Shown: piece after piece, positions 1 to 12,537 of the stretch
Layout of the letters: every line of letters starts with the position of its first letter
Position numbering within the stretch: position 1 is the first letter of the stretch
Origin: Gonapodya sp. JEL0774
Lineage: Eukaryota
DNA length: 36,768 bases
Direction: 5' to 3'
Assembly (NCBI GenBank): GCA_027604505.1
Contig: JADIIX010000009.1
Coordinates: forward strand, 248,001-284,768
The notes under the pieces: generated by a model
Told to the model about the DNA's origin: nothing
The model's database searches: none
What the model saw: the letters and a program-made list of their open reading frames with translations, nothing else
Position numbers and translations under genes: made by a program

Positions 1-710
1 CGCTGTCTTTATGTCTTTTTTCCTCTCGTTCTACCACGACTACCAAGGGATCACTCCTGCCATTGAATCGAAGAGATTTAACACCCATTTTTTTCTTGCT
101 GTGTTACCATATCCCGCGGGCCGGGCCCACACCAAATTCACCGCCGCGGACGGAAAGGAAACGGTTTCTGTGCAATGGGTCACACCAAAGGAAGTCATTA
201 CACAGTTTAAAGAAGGGAAAATCCGGTTGGTTACTTGAGATCGCGGACTTTGACTCGGAGAATTCTGATATTGAATTGGCCCTTACGCAATCCGCAACGC
301 AATGCCTCGGAACAATCTATTCCCCAACCTGCAGCATGTTTCCACCACAGTACTACACGCTTCTCGATCTTATGAACAACTACCCGACCCTGAGTCACCT
401 ATCTGCATTCGCCGACGGTGCAAAATCGCGCACTCTGTTTGAACGTATTCCTTCGTGCCCCGAAGCGAAACCGTCACCAGATGGTAGAATGATGCTTGTG
501 TTGCCTGGGGATGAGCTCCACAGTGCGGAGGGCCTGGTGACTGTTGGCAGTGAGCAAGTGAAGGTGGAGAAAGCAGGCGGTAGAAACCGGTCATACATTC
601 GGAGAGATAAGTCCGGGATCAATGATATAACCGTGGAGCGAAATGTGCCCAGGTCATGGATGAGTTGGGGTGAGGGACTCGACGATGGAAGAAAGGTGGG
701 CATGTTGTAG
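1..710 (+). CDS. Nudix hydrolase, NUDT19/acyl-CoA diphosphatase-like (3' part; 5' end lies outside the window)
   Basis: Removing intron 226-334 (GT...AG) gives ITP...KRFNTHFFLA...DGKETVSVQWVTPKEVI...GKIR|MFPPQYYTL...LPGDELH...NR. This matches the C-terminal motif series of NUDT19-type Nudix proteins (TP...RFDT.FF, DG.E....W..P, PPQ.Y, LPGD). Stop TAG at 708-710. Confidence 0.8.
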   Translation, partial: LSLCLFSSRSTTTTKGSLLPLNRRDLTPIFFLLCYHIPRAGPTPNSPPRTERKRFLCNGSHQRKSLHSLKKGKSGWLLEIADFDSENSDIELALTQSATQCLGTIYSPTCSMFPPQYYTLLDLMNNYPTLSHLSAFADGAKSRTLFERIPSCPEAKPSPDGRMMLVLPGDELHSAEGLVTVGSEQVKVEKAGGRNRSYIRRDKSGINDITVERNVPRSWMSWGEGLDDGRKVGML

Positions 711-844
711 TATAACGAACGTTACACAGTGGAGATATCAGATTACTGTAATAGTTTAGTTTTTTACACGAAATAGTGTTCGAAGTGCCAAAGGAATGAA
801 TCTGGTGGGTTGCTGCATCAGGAGGGAGCGGCTTTTCGACCTCC

Positions 845-3800
845 ATGTCACAGTCTGTCGTTCCAACGATTCGCGCAGTCCTTGTGACTTCGCAGTCAGA
901 CACGATCAAAATCGAAAGCGTCGGCAGAGCCCTTGTTTCTCGCTTCGTGGATACAGATGAAAAAGCTGGTGGACTCTTGGAGTATGCCGAAGAGATCCTG
1001 GCCTCGGTGAGACTAGCGCAAACTCTACGGGTGGGGCTCGAACTGCCATTCTTATTTCTTGAACATTTGATCTCCTGTGATCAACCACCGGTTTTTGGGT
1101 TGTAATTGTTCTGATGCGATCGGGTGAACGCAACTCCTACCATCCGAACGAAAATACCCTTCACTGGAAGGATTCACGCCTCGAGCTTCAGATAGCAGAA
1201 ATTATCTTTCAAAGGGTTGGCTCCTATAGGCCACTGGCTCTCTGGACCCGGTACTCCAGCGACAATCTCGAAGGTCTCCTACAAACCAGTAAGAGTTGAA
1301 CTCAACAGAGAAGAATGACACATTGGTGAGCTAAGTTCGCATTGTGCTCTAGAACGTTCTCCGTGGCATACAACTCGACTACTTGTTCTGGTGACGCTGG
1401 CAAAGCGAGGTTAGCCCTGTCTCAAACGTGCTCACAATTTGGACCCATCTTAACCGATATTGCAGCGTCTGCAAAGTCTCTGGCTGACATTCATCCAGAC
1501 ATCAGTATCCAATTGAAGAGGGATCAGAATCGACTTCAGAAGATAGTCAGGCTTACCTATCCCCTTAAGACATCGTCCCAGCCAATGCAGGAACTGTTTC
1601 TGAAAGTTTTGTTGGAGATTCCAGCCTGTAGGCCCGAACCTACTAAGATGGTTGAAGTTAGTTGGATTTCTTCGACGTCACCTCTGTCTTGCTTCTTTGT
1701 ACATCAAATCAATTGTATTACACCACCAGGGTCTCATGAAGTATATCATGACTACACCTGTTGTCCGCGAAGACTTTATACCGGAGTTAATCGTGGATGC
1801 CGTGGATCTTCTTCAAAAAGAATATTTCATCAAGTAGGTTACGGACTTTGGAACTTGCGTTTCGTCAACTAATCCATTCTGGATAAGCACTTCGCTTGTC
1901 GAGTCCGCTTTATTTCTACTATTTACTCATCTCACGCGTGACAGCTGGTGTTCTCCCTTTACTGCCAAACTCATCGCGGCGGTGCCACTATCATTTGCTT
2001 CAGGTGCGGCCAAATTTGTCATGACAATGGCGTCCGAAACACCTAGAACTTCTACAACTGGATCTCGATCCTCAAAGATGCTTGCAATTATGCTTGCACG
2101 ATTACTTGATTGGATGCGATATCCATTCGGAGCTGGGGTAGGGAGATGGGCAGTGATAATTGGGGAGGCAATGGTGGAGGCAGGACTGGTTGAGGAGATC
2201 GGCGCGGTCGGTGGTGGTTGTGTGAGAAAGGGTGAGTTCGCTTTGTGAGGCGAGAACATGGTTCGACGAGTACGTTTGTCCGACTTCCCGTGCACTTTAT
2301 GTTGTCGAAAGTCCTTCCACTACTAGCACCTACTTCATCACGACCAGATGCATCGCGAGTTTTAGAGTTCTTCTTCCGACAGGCAATGCCAAGTATTATT
2401 GAGAAGGAACGGAACTTCACCCAAATGTTGGAGGCTGCCGTGAATGATTGTTTGAAGATGGTGAGATCCTTTCTGGGGGAAACTAACGTCAACCGGCAAT
2501 TCTAATAATTCTGACTATGCTTGTTGGGGTGCTGCCGATATGTTAAGAGCTTTGCAGGGCGACTGGACGACGACATCCGTCGTCTCCTCATTCTCTCGAA
2601 GTATTACGCGCTCGCATATCCCGAAACGGACGCGTCTCGAGATTTAAGAGAATTGTTCGAGTCAATAGCGGTGATGATGGTGAGTGATGGAGATGCATTA
2701 ACAACGATGACGGAAGTGAAGGAGTTCCTACCCGTGTTTATCAGCCGGACGGCGACCCCACAGATATGTCACAACAAAGAGAACGATGGGCAATAGCAGG
2801 GATAGAAGGTCTGTCATTTTTGCAGTGCCGGGAGAGCCATGGTGCCCTTAAAAGCTCCTTGCCTATTCTAATACTTGCTCCGGGGCTTGCAGTGTCTGCC
2901 ACCACATTGCAGTCAACTTCTTCCATCATACCGGCCCATCCTATGCCTTTTGGGCATCCAAATCTAGGTAATACGTGCTTTCTCAATGCCACTCTGCAGG
3001 CTTTATTTGCGTCCCGAGGTTTTCGCGACGAGGTTCTGACCAGATTTGAAGAACCTCCTCGGCGAGAGGCAGTGACAGGAGGCAAGAGAGATCGCAACGA
3101 GGGAAAGGATGGTAGCTGTACGTGGGCTTTGCAAAGATGCTGGGCCGTTGCAGCGTGTGGGAAGTGTGGGGTCGGAGGAGAAGCAGTTGACCCGATTGAG
3201 GTTTTGGAGGTGAGACTGACAAGACAATTCCAGCGAAGAGTCAACCAGATTACTAAATTATCTTTAAATGTCACAACAGAGACTTCCAGAGTGGCTCCGC
3301 TCCGGGGATCAGCAGGATTGCTGCGAATTTCTGAAGTGAGTGGCGAAGCACTTCTGGGACATCCAACCAGTTCACGAACTAGTGTTTAGGTTCCTATTTG
3401 ACCAACTCGAAACGGACACGCGACCAACCTTGAACTCGGCTTTGCCGATGAATCCGCCGAACGTCCCATTCCCAGCTGCATTGTCAACCGCCTCGAGCAT
3501 CACAAATCCTTATTATCCACCAGATCTTGTCCGATGGTTTCGCGGAACTGTCATAACCCACACCACTTGCCGCTTTTGCGAAATCGTTTCAACTCGAAAG
3601 GAACCTTTCCTCGATCTTGTGGTGCCAATTCCTGGGACGAAAGACTCAGACCCAGGTTTGACAGAAATGCTAGAACAGATGGCTCTTCCAGAGGAGCTTT
3701 CCGGAGACAACATGTATTACTGCGATAAGTGCAACGAAAGGAGAGATGCCACCAGGGTACGCACCTTGAATTTGATTTTTCCCGAAACGAGGTTTGAGCG

Positions 3801-4614
3801 ACTTCAATACAGGTCACGAGAGTGAGCGAAGCTCCGCCATATTTGATAATAGCCTTGAATAGATTTTCGTACAGCAGAGAGCTGTTGAAGCGGGTCAAAA
3901 TTGACACGAAGGTTAGTTTCGTGGTTCACATCAGTTTCGCATCCTACTTCGTCCAGGTTATGATTTCTCTCCAACCGATAGGTTAACTATCCACTAAAAC
4001 TGTTACTACAAACTCTCTCTGAAGGACGCGACACTCTAGATCCTGTCTCATATTCGCTGTATGCGGTTGTGTTCCACTCAGGGGCGTCCGCCGAGTATGG
4101 CCACTATTATACCTTTGTACGGGAGGAACCACCAGCTGTGGACTCCTCGTCTACCAACATCCCAGGATCGAGCACGGGTGACTCGCAAACTCGAACGCAA
4201 ACGAGCCCGACGTGGACGGAATTGAATGACACCGCCATTCAAAGGCACCTTACATCTTCACATCTCCTCACTATCGCGAAGAATCATGAGACACCATATG
4301 TTTTCTTCTATCGGCGCTCAGATCGCGATCTGTTGGATGATTTCGATGACCCTGACAACCCCGTGTTCCTCACCCCTCGCCTGCTGGAGTATGTCAAGGC
4401 AGCAGACATTGAACGTGGTAGAAGGAAGCAGGTCAGGTTTGACGACTCTTCAAGGTGGAGAGCAAATCCTAGCAAGAGTTATGGTCGTTCCGCGTTTGAC
4501 ATCCATGATAGGTACCGAAGTGATAGGGATGAAGATGATGAATATGGGGGCGGTGGATTGGGAAGCGATTCCTACAGCAATAGTTGGTTAGGTGGAGCGC
4601 GCTATATCTCGTGA
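845..4614 (+). CDS. Ubiquitin-specific protease (peptidase C19), USP35/USP38-like, multi-exon
   Basis: Cys box GHPNLGNTCFLNATLQAL (Cys codon 2976-2978), QQDCCEFL, finger motifs CRFC/CDKC, PPYLIIALNRF, His box HSGASAEYGHYYTF (His 4102-4104), WTELNDT. The N-terminal helical exons (MSQSVVPTIRAVLVTSQSDTIK; LARLLDWMRYP...RWAVII; LRELFESIAVMM) resemble the USP35/38 N-terminal domain. Not all N-terminal exon borders were resolved. Confidence 0.85.
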
Positions 4615-5269
4615 TACGTCGCGATACGAGAACGGCTTTACAGGGAGGAGCAAGGATTGATTATGCATGCCTTGCACAACTGACTGGCCGGATTCAAATG
4701 GATACAATGATAATGTCAGATTTCCCCCCTCTCCAATTCGGAAACGTAGAACGAGTCATCTATTCTGGTTGACGAAGACAGAAAATCATCAAATTAATAA
4801 CTTATTTTCTGAACTGGGATGGCTTTTGTAAACAGGGTGGGGGATGTCGGATAAAGGTGGGCCGAACATAGCACGCGTTTTCCCTGCCCGCAACTTCACA
4901 CGAGGAAGGCAGGTCACGGAAGGACCAGTCAAGAGCCGCTGTGGCTGCCTGGAAGGCCGCAAGGCAATTCGGTTGGCTGGCGAATCGAGGGAAAGTGAGT
5001 TGGCAGGTGGGTTGGGAAGTTGGGCTGCACAATTATCAAAAGCTGGAGCTCCCAAGAGTATATATTAGCACAAAGATTAAGGGGACGTGTTTGTGTCGCT
5101 TCCGAGCGTAATCTTTCACCTGCAACTTCGGGTTGCTCACAGTCGGCGAGCTGCGTTGGTTCTGATATCAAAGTGCATAGTAACCACTAATTTCTCCCTT
5201 CTGTAACCAACATCCATCTCAAAGAGAACATTGATCTCTCGGCGTGGATCAATACATAAAATCGTCTCA

Positions 5270-8194
5270 ATGACTGTGCTTGTGTCCTTAACGGATGACG
5301 ACTCAACGACCCTTGGTGAACAGGACCCTGAAAAGCACACCAACGACGCAGTAGCGTCTAACCGCCGTTCAGTCGAATTGATTCCTTGCCCTTACGATTA
5401 CCTCATCGCGATCGATATTGAGGCTACCTGTGACGACACATCAAACGTGGGCACTCAGTTCTCCGTCTTCTTCTTGCACTGTTTGGTGATGCCCTACCTT
5501 TCCTGCTATCTATATGACGCAGTCTTCGGAACTGCAAGTGACCAGGGACCGTGCGGAGATCATCGAAATTTCTATTGCCGTCCTGTCAGTGTCGACTAAA
5601 TCCGTCACTCACAGGCAAAGGCACTTTGTTCGACCCGAGAACACGCCGCTGACGCAATTCTGCTCAAATTTGACTGGAATCACGTGGAGTGACGTGGCAG
5701 ATGCAGGTATGGACTTTCTGCCCAGGTCGGCAGGGACCCTGTGACCACAGCCTTGAATCCCCTTCAGGTACATTGGGAGACGCTCTCGGAGATCTGCAAA
5801 GGTTCATCGATAATTCATTCGTGGACAGAAAAGAATCATTTTGCTTTGTGACACACGGAGAATGGGACCTCAGATATCAGTTACCGCGCGAATGCAAGGA
5901 AAAGAAAATACCGATAGCCGACTACATGGTGAATTCTCGCTTGCCCAAAGGTCTTTTCATGGCTTCGCTGACTTGGTGTTTAGGCAACCTATTTCGACGT
6001 CACCAAAGAAGCTCAGGCGTACCTTTCTCTGGTGGATACTTTCAAACCCCGCCCTATGATCACCGCGCGGCAAAAGAATTCGCTCTTCGGACTTTGCCAA
6101 TCCCTGAATATTGCGCATGAAGGACGCTTGCATTCAGCACTCGACGACGCTTTGTGTATCGCAAACCTTTGCAGGGCCATCCTGGTGGGGCTAGATTCCC
6201 TTCTGTATGTTGATCCTGATGGAATTCAACTGATGGAAGGGACGAAGGATCGAGTTTCGAACGATCTATCTGGATCATTCGCGGGTCATGCAGTGGTTCG
6301 GACTCCACGGTCTCCATTTACCGTTCCGACAAGGCTGCAGGACATCATGCACAATTTTGAAAGCTCATTATCTTGCGTCCTGCAGCTACTTAGCCTTCCT
6401 TTTAGAGCAACGCGTACAGATATCTCCAATTGGGTCGCGGAATTCTCAAGGGGGTCGCTTTCTCCGCGCCGATATATCATGGTTAAGAATCACGAAGGAA
6501 AGCCATCCGGCGCTGGGTTCATGATATTCGATACTCACGAACAGGCTAAAAGTGCGTTGGAACTTGCTAAGGGCTTGGTTTTGGATAGGGCCGTGATTGT
6601 GGGACCCGCGACTGACGAGATGGTCCGACAAGTGCAGCATCGCAGCGTTGACTTTCCGGTGGGGGTTGTCGGTGCCTCCGATTACTGCCCCTGAAGGAAG
6701 AGGTATTCATGCGTTCAATGGTCTCCTCTTCACCCAGGAATTCCGACCAACCCAGATGGTCTCCTACGGACCCAGATCAGACCTGAAGCTTGGAGACTGG
6801 ATATGCCACCAGTGCTACTACCACAAGTTTGTTTACCCGGTCGCGAATTAGCTGTCTTTCTGCATTCCACCTTCCCTTCCCTGCCTTTTCAACTAGTTTC
6901 GCCAATCGTCAAACCTGTTACAGCTGCAACTCGGGAAATCCAGCCATTTTCAGGAGCTCCCATTCACATCAATATCAAATGGCATTTCTTTCTGGTGGTT
7001 ACAGCGTTGTTGTTCCGATCGCACAACAGCCGATTGCGTCCGTTTCAATGGGATTCTCATCAAGTGGATTCCAATCACCACCCGGATCTCCAATTCCAAG
7101 AAGCTGGCCGGGATCACCCGAAATTCAAGTACTCTCACCAACGGCTCGACCTCCGTTCAGCCATTTTCCGTTATCGAAGAATCTGGAACCTGGTGGACCC
7201 CTTCCACATGTTGAAGCAGGAGATTGGACTTGTTCTGGTTGCTACTTGGCGAACCCTGCCACACTAGCTGAATGTCAGCGCTGTCACGCACTTCGCGCAT
7301 CTCCCAAACACTCTGCACAAGCAAGTATTCAACCAACAAATGTTCGATCACACAACTTTTCTCGGCCGCGAAGCTTATCTCTACGAAGTCAATCCGAATG
7401 GCAGTGTAGTAGATGTGGGCACATGAATTCATCCTTCGGGAGTGCTTGCGGATCCTGTGGAATGTTTGGTCTATTGGAGTCGCCTACGTCTTCTCTTCCA
7501 TCATCCCCAGTGGGATCTCAACCGTTAACGTTCTTCGCACCAGCGATTCCAGGGCCGACATTCGGTCCAAGACCAAGACCGACCGATCGACCAGGAGATT
7601 GGATGTGTCCCGGCTGCAGTTACTTCAAGTGGGTGATTGCAGTGTCCCGTTTTAGGTTATACTGCGATTGCAACCTGATCGTCTTCACTTGATTTTGGGT
7701 CCTGAAGCTATTCCTCTCGTGTGAACTGTCACCGATGTGATATGCCAAAAGGGAACTCAAAAACGATCGGCGAGGTTGAGGCCTTGCAGCGTTATACCGT
7801 TGCCATGGGCCCACCAGATATGCTTTTGAGTCCTGGGGAACAGCACCCTGGGTCGCCCGTGCGATCTTCGTACTACAGCCATGCACATTTTCCGGATCGC
7901 CAGCACATGCAATCGATCCCGCCAACTTCTGTTGTCGTGGTCACTTCGCCCAACCTCAGCGCCGGTCACCATCAATATTTTATTCGCCCTGGAGACTGGA
8001 TGTGTGGATCATGTGGATTCTGGAATTTCTCTAAACGCAGCGAATGTGCCAAGTGCTGTACGAAGCCTTACGATGGCCCGGGGCACACCACTTATTCACA
8101 GGAGGGGTATTTCAAGCGAGACTATGTGGAACCCGGGGTGGAGGTAATGCGAGGGCCTCAACCCATACCGTATTACGCTCTTGGTCTGAGGTGA
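5270..8194 (+). CDS. Nrp1-like RNA-binding protein: ERI1-type DEDDh 3'-5' exonuclease + RRM + five RanBP2-type zinc fingers
   Basis: Exo motifs YLIAIDIEATCD, EIIEI, LTQFCSNLTGI, FVTHGEWDL, GRLHSALDDA. RRM with LLSLPFRAT (RNP2) and KPSGAGFMIF (RNP1). Five W-x-C-x2-C-x3-N-x6-C-x2-C fingers between ~6790 and 8060, two of them split by introns. Confidence 0.85.
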
Positions 8195-8672
8195 GAACCG
8201 GTGATAACCATGGCCTACTCACAGAATCAAGCTCAACGAAATCTTCCTGAAAATCAGACAACAAACCTCCCAAGGTCCCTATTTGGATCGTCCGGTGGTT
8301 AATGACCTGAGTGAAAACGAACATGGTGTTACTGAGTTGTTGAATCGAATGAGTCTGAAAAAAGACATTGAGGGGTCGTAGCACGGCACTTTTATTGTAG
8401 TACATCACGCAGCCGCAAAAGCGAAGAAAGCCGAGGTGTTATAGCGTAGTTTGGTCCTGAACCCTGCTGGAACTCTGCCTTTTCGCCTTAAGAATATCTT
8501 GCACGCACGAAGTCGCTGATTGACGTATTCCACGGGTTGGATGTCCGTCCCGTGTATTATGTTACACCGGAATCCAAAAATTTGTGCTGCGGCTGCTAAT
8601 CCAGATGGCACCATATTTGAAAATTGACCAACCTTTCACTTTACAGCTCGCCCACGCGTGAAGGTTACCGCG

Positions 8673-9548
8673 ATGGTTTTAGCTTGGGAATTTGACGAAT
8701 CTGCTGCTGGTGACCAGGCAAGTGCCACCTGGATTACAATTGGTGGAATCTGAGAAGCTCATTCACCGTTTCGAAACGATTCCAGCGGGCCCCTCATCAA
8801 TTTACACCAAACCGGGCAGTCTCCCTCGAGTACCTATCTACATTTGGCGTTCTGTACTACAGCTTTCCGTACCAAGAGGATGGCTTCCACCTCGAGCAGA
8901 TCGAGGCACTGTGCAAGGAACGGGATTATAAGAACAGGGATTCTGTGAGAATAATAGCCGTCTCATATGTGGCCATTTCATATCAAGTAAAAAATATTCT
9001 CTTTTTTTCACTCCCGGTCTTTCTGCCTTTCACCGGATTCAAATCTGGCCACAAGCTAACGATTTCCAAGGAGAAGATGGGTGACGCGTACGAGGGAAAG
9101 CTCAAGATCTTTTTCCAGGAACACATCCATGAGGACGAAGAGATCCGCTACTGCCTCGATGGGTCCGGATACTTCGACCTGAGGGACCCGCTTGACAAAT
9201 GGGTTCGTGTCCATTGGACCAAGGGCGACTGTCTCATTGTGCCGGCAGGTATATACCACAGATTTACCCTCGATGAGAATGACTATGCGCAAGCCATGCG
9301 ATTGTTCAAAGAGGAGCCCAAGTGGTAAGTTCTTGGGTTTAACACTGTTCCAGGAATCTCTGACGATGTCATTCTGATGATTATCTTTGAGGACACCTAT
9401 TAATCGCCCAAGTGCCGATAACAATCCATACCGCGTTGGTGAGTTGCAAATGACGATCTCTCTTGTGCGTCCATCTGAGTTCCTTCATGTGCGGACAGGT
9501 TATATTCAAACTTTTGTGAAGCCCGTCTTGGCGACTGCAAGTGCATGA
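8673..9548 (+). CDS. ADI1: Acireductone dioxygenase (methionine salvage, cupin)
   Basis: Exons 8673-8717, 8786-8944, 9056-9324, 9392-9439 and 9499-9548 give [19 protein letters not shown]...YKNRD...[30 protein letters not shown]...[36 protein letters not shown], with the ARD metal ligands H-x-H-x3-E...H. Confidence 0.96.
8718..8785 (+). other. Non-canonical GC-AG intron (ADI1 intron 1)
   Basis: Donor CAG|GCAAGT, acceptor TTCCAG|. Removal joins GDQ to RAPH in frame and restores the conserved ARD N-terminal DQRxPH motif. Confidence 0.85.
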
Positions 9549-9865
9549 TAACGACTGGAACGAAATTTAACCCATCGGGGTCCCGTGCATTATAGTAGAC
9601 GGAGTTCTCGTGACACATATTAGGAGTCATGTTTGTCCCACGAGGGCCAGCGTTCACTTTGTGCCTGTTGGAAAACATTAGTTTCTTGGAATGAAAAGAA
9701 AGATGAAAGTTGTGGGAGATGGTTACTGTGTTTGGCTCAGCTGACAGCAGGGTTGGGGCATGTGTGCAGTGGATCCGTCTTCGCATTCCCCAACTGGTCT
9801 TCAAGGGCAGAGCCGACCCTCCCTCTCTTTGTAGCTGGGGCTCTAGTAAAGTGCAAAGCGCGTCT

Positions 9866-12537
9866 ATGAACGCAGACAATCAGAAGAAACCTCTGCCATT
9901 CGGAGGATCGAACGGTGCTGGGCACCTGTTCGGCCATATTCAGTTCACGGACCAAGAGGCCACCGAAGTTCAAGGCAGGTTGAAGCAGCAACTTGGACCG
10001 GAGTTTGTCAGGTACGTATTGCGGAATATACATAGGCCAGGACACTGACAGAGCAAGTCGGCCAACGGGGTGCATCGATTGGAATGGGATTGAAGCCAGA
10101 GTAATTTCACGATACTCACTTGTTAAATGGGTGACTACAAGGGAGGAAGCACGAATCAAACGTTGTGTTCCACAAGGCGAAGGGTACCAGGTGGACTTGC
10201 CAAGGGAGCTCAGATAAAGTTTCTTCTTTTCGTCTCTCTCGTTGTCAGTTTATTTCTCCATAATATTGCTCTGTTCTCACTGATGATGTTAGTTCTCGCT
10301 CTGGTCCTGGTGGTTCCAAGGTCTGCTACATCGAGGGCTGGAAGGTCGTTAATCTGGCCAATGATGTTTTCGGCTTCAATGGATGGAGCTCAGTAGTGGT
10401 GTCAACGGAAGTGGACTTCGTGGACGCCAGTCCGGATGGTAAAATTTCTCTGGGAATGTCATGCATCATGCGTGTCGTCCTCAAAGATGGAACTTTCCGC
10501 GAAGACATCGGGTATGGACAGTCTGCAGGGAGCAGGAACAAAGCAGATGCTTTTGAGAAGGGTAAGTCATTTTATGGAGAAGGGAGGCACGAATGGAGTA
10601 CGGTGCTATTCTCACGAGTCCCCATCAGCCAAAAAGGAGGCTGCAACGGATGGTCTGAAGAGGGCCCTACGCCATTTTGGAAATTTATTAGGCAACTGCT
10701 TTTACGACAAGGAGTTCATCAAGCAGGTTGGGCGGGTCCCGACTGTCCCAGTGGGTCTCGTGTCTGACTTGAGTCTCTCATCCCGCGCGGTCAATCACCA
10801 GAACTGCATTACTTCCCTCCAGAAAGTCAATGTACTTGACCCCAACGCTCTCTTTCGACACGGAGACTTTAAATCGAGGCAGGGAGCTGACACACGGAAT
10901 CAAGTGTCGTCCTCCATTTACGACGCCTCCTGCAGGCCTGCGGGATTTGATCAATGTGTGTTAACAACTACGAGCTTTCCACTGAAACGCAGAAACGTTA
11001 TCTATAATCGCAGATGCACGTGATTCCAAGGGCCAGCCACAGCCATTTTCATTTCCGAATCCTCAGCTCCCCAATATTAACCCACCTCCAGCTCCAGGTG
11101 TGTGCCCGTAGTATCGCCTGATTGCTGTAGTCCTCTTATATTCGCATCTACCACGTGTTGATTCACCACACTTGAATCACAAAGACTTGTATCCAGCAAA
11201 TGAATTTGACTGCCTGGATTTCTCATTAGCAGATTGCGAAATGGACAGGTGTGTATGAGTCACCACATGGATCCTGGAGAAGAGTACCTGCAGAACCTCA
11301 TTCACATAATCATCAAACCATTGGCATATTAGTATTGATCTTGGCCCGGTAAACAAACAAGAAAGCAGTATCTCAAACACCACCAAAAGTTTGAATGGTT
11401 CGAACCCATCCGCACCCAAATTACCAGGGCAAGTTCTTTCAATCGCTCAGGTAGACTCATCTGCCGGAGCGCCGCGTGATACGACGGAAAAAGGCCAGGT
11501 CGGTGACACGGCTGTGATGACGGAAGTCGGACTTGGTGGACCACAAAATCCGTTGCGTGGGGGACCCATGACTGCGAAGCACACCGAAATGCAAAAATAT
11601 TCTATGGCGGACGTGCATGGGAACAGTTCAAACCCTCGGGGGCCGAAAGAGGGTCAATTGTTGCCCTCCTTACCACAAATGCAGAACCCACTGCGAAAAC
11701 CAACTGACGGTCGGGGTGGACCAGTTCTCAGAGTCCCTGCAGGTGCTCCAGGGAGCAGCGGCTGTATCTCCGAATTTTCAACAGAATCCGTTATTCATGG
11801 ACGCGTTAACAGTGGGAACGTAGAACAGTCTGCGCATACACCCAGCGTCTCACAGAACGCGTTAGGAAGGCAGAGTGCGATACAAGGAACCATTCGCAAC
11901 GATGCGCGACATCTGATTGCAAGTAGCAACGGTTTGTGTACCGTCAAAATTTCACACAGTCAGCATTGTCGCATGCTTACAATTAATCGATTTACATACA
12001 CGGGGACAAGACCCCAAAGGACAGCACCAGCAGCAACCACCTGCTTCCCGTCCTCTTCCTTATTCCAGACCCGGCGCTGGTGTGAATAGCACGACTGGGC
12101 TACAATCGCTCTCAGTTAGATCTGACACCGGTCAGTTTGATGGAGGCAGGTCAGCCCAGAAGCAGAATCATGATCACAAATCTGGTGGGAGTAGTGGCCC
12201 GCCTCAGCACTTGCAGGGTGTTCGTCAAGTGTTGCACTCGGTAGCTCCGGCATTCAATGATCTAAGCTGTCTCTCAGGTAACAATGTCGACAGAAGGTTT
12301 GCAAACAACTCAGACGGTCCCATGGGACCAATGGGTGGTTTAATGACAGGGAACGGGTCTGTGGGCGGTGCTGGCAATGCACACATTGGGACGGCAGTGA
12401 CGACTGAGGGAACAAAGCGAAAGCTTGACTCAAACTCCACAAGCAGGTCAGTTGTTGATGGGATGGGCAATAGGGAAAATCTACCACAGGAAGCCGCTGC
12501 GCCTCCGGAAAAGAAACCAAGAGTTGGTGGCACTTGA
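9866..12537 (+). CDS. RAD52: DNA repair/recombination protein Rad52 (Rad52/Rad22 N-terminal domain + long disordered C-terminus)
   Basis: Spliced [44 protein letters not shown]...[13 protein letters not shown]...[37 protein letters not shown]. An acidic-aromatic patch [18 protein letters not shown] and basic NLS-like GTKRK...PEKKPR follow. Confidence 0.96.

Noticed and set aside
1927..3274. Long minus-strand ORFs (122-177 aa), and similar ones across the window
   Set aside because: They are antisense shadows of + strand coding exons with no motifs of their own.
4880..4940. CAGGTCACGGAAGGACCAG resembles SRP RNA helix 8 (CAGG...GGAA...AGCAG)
   Set aside because: The conserved AGCAG half of the symmetric loop is missing and no extended flanking helix is visible; it is probably promoter sequence.
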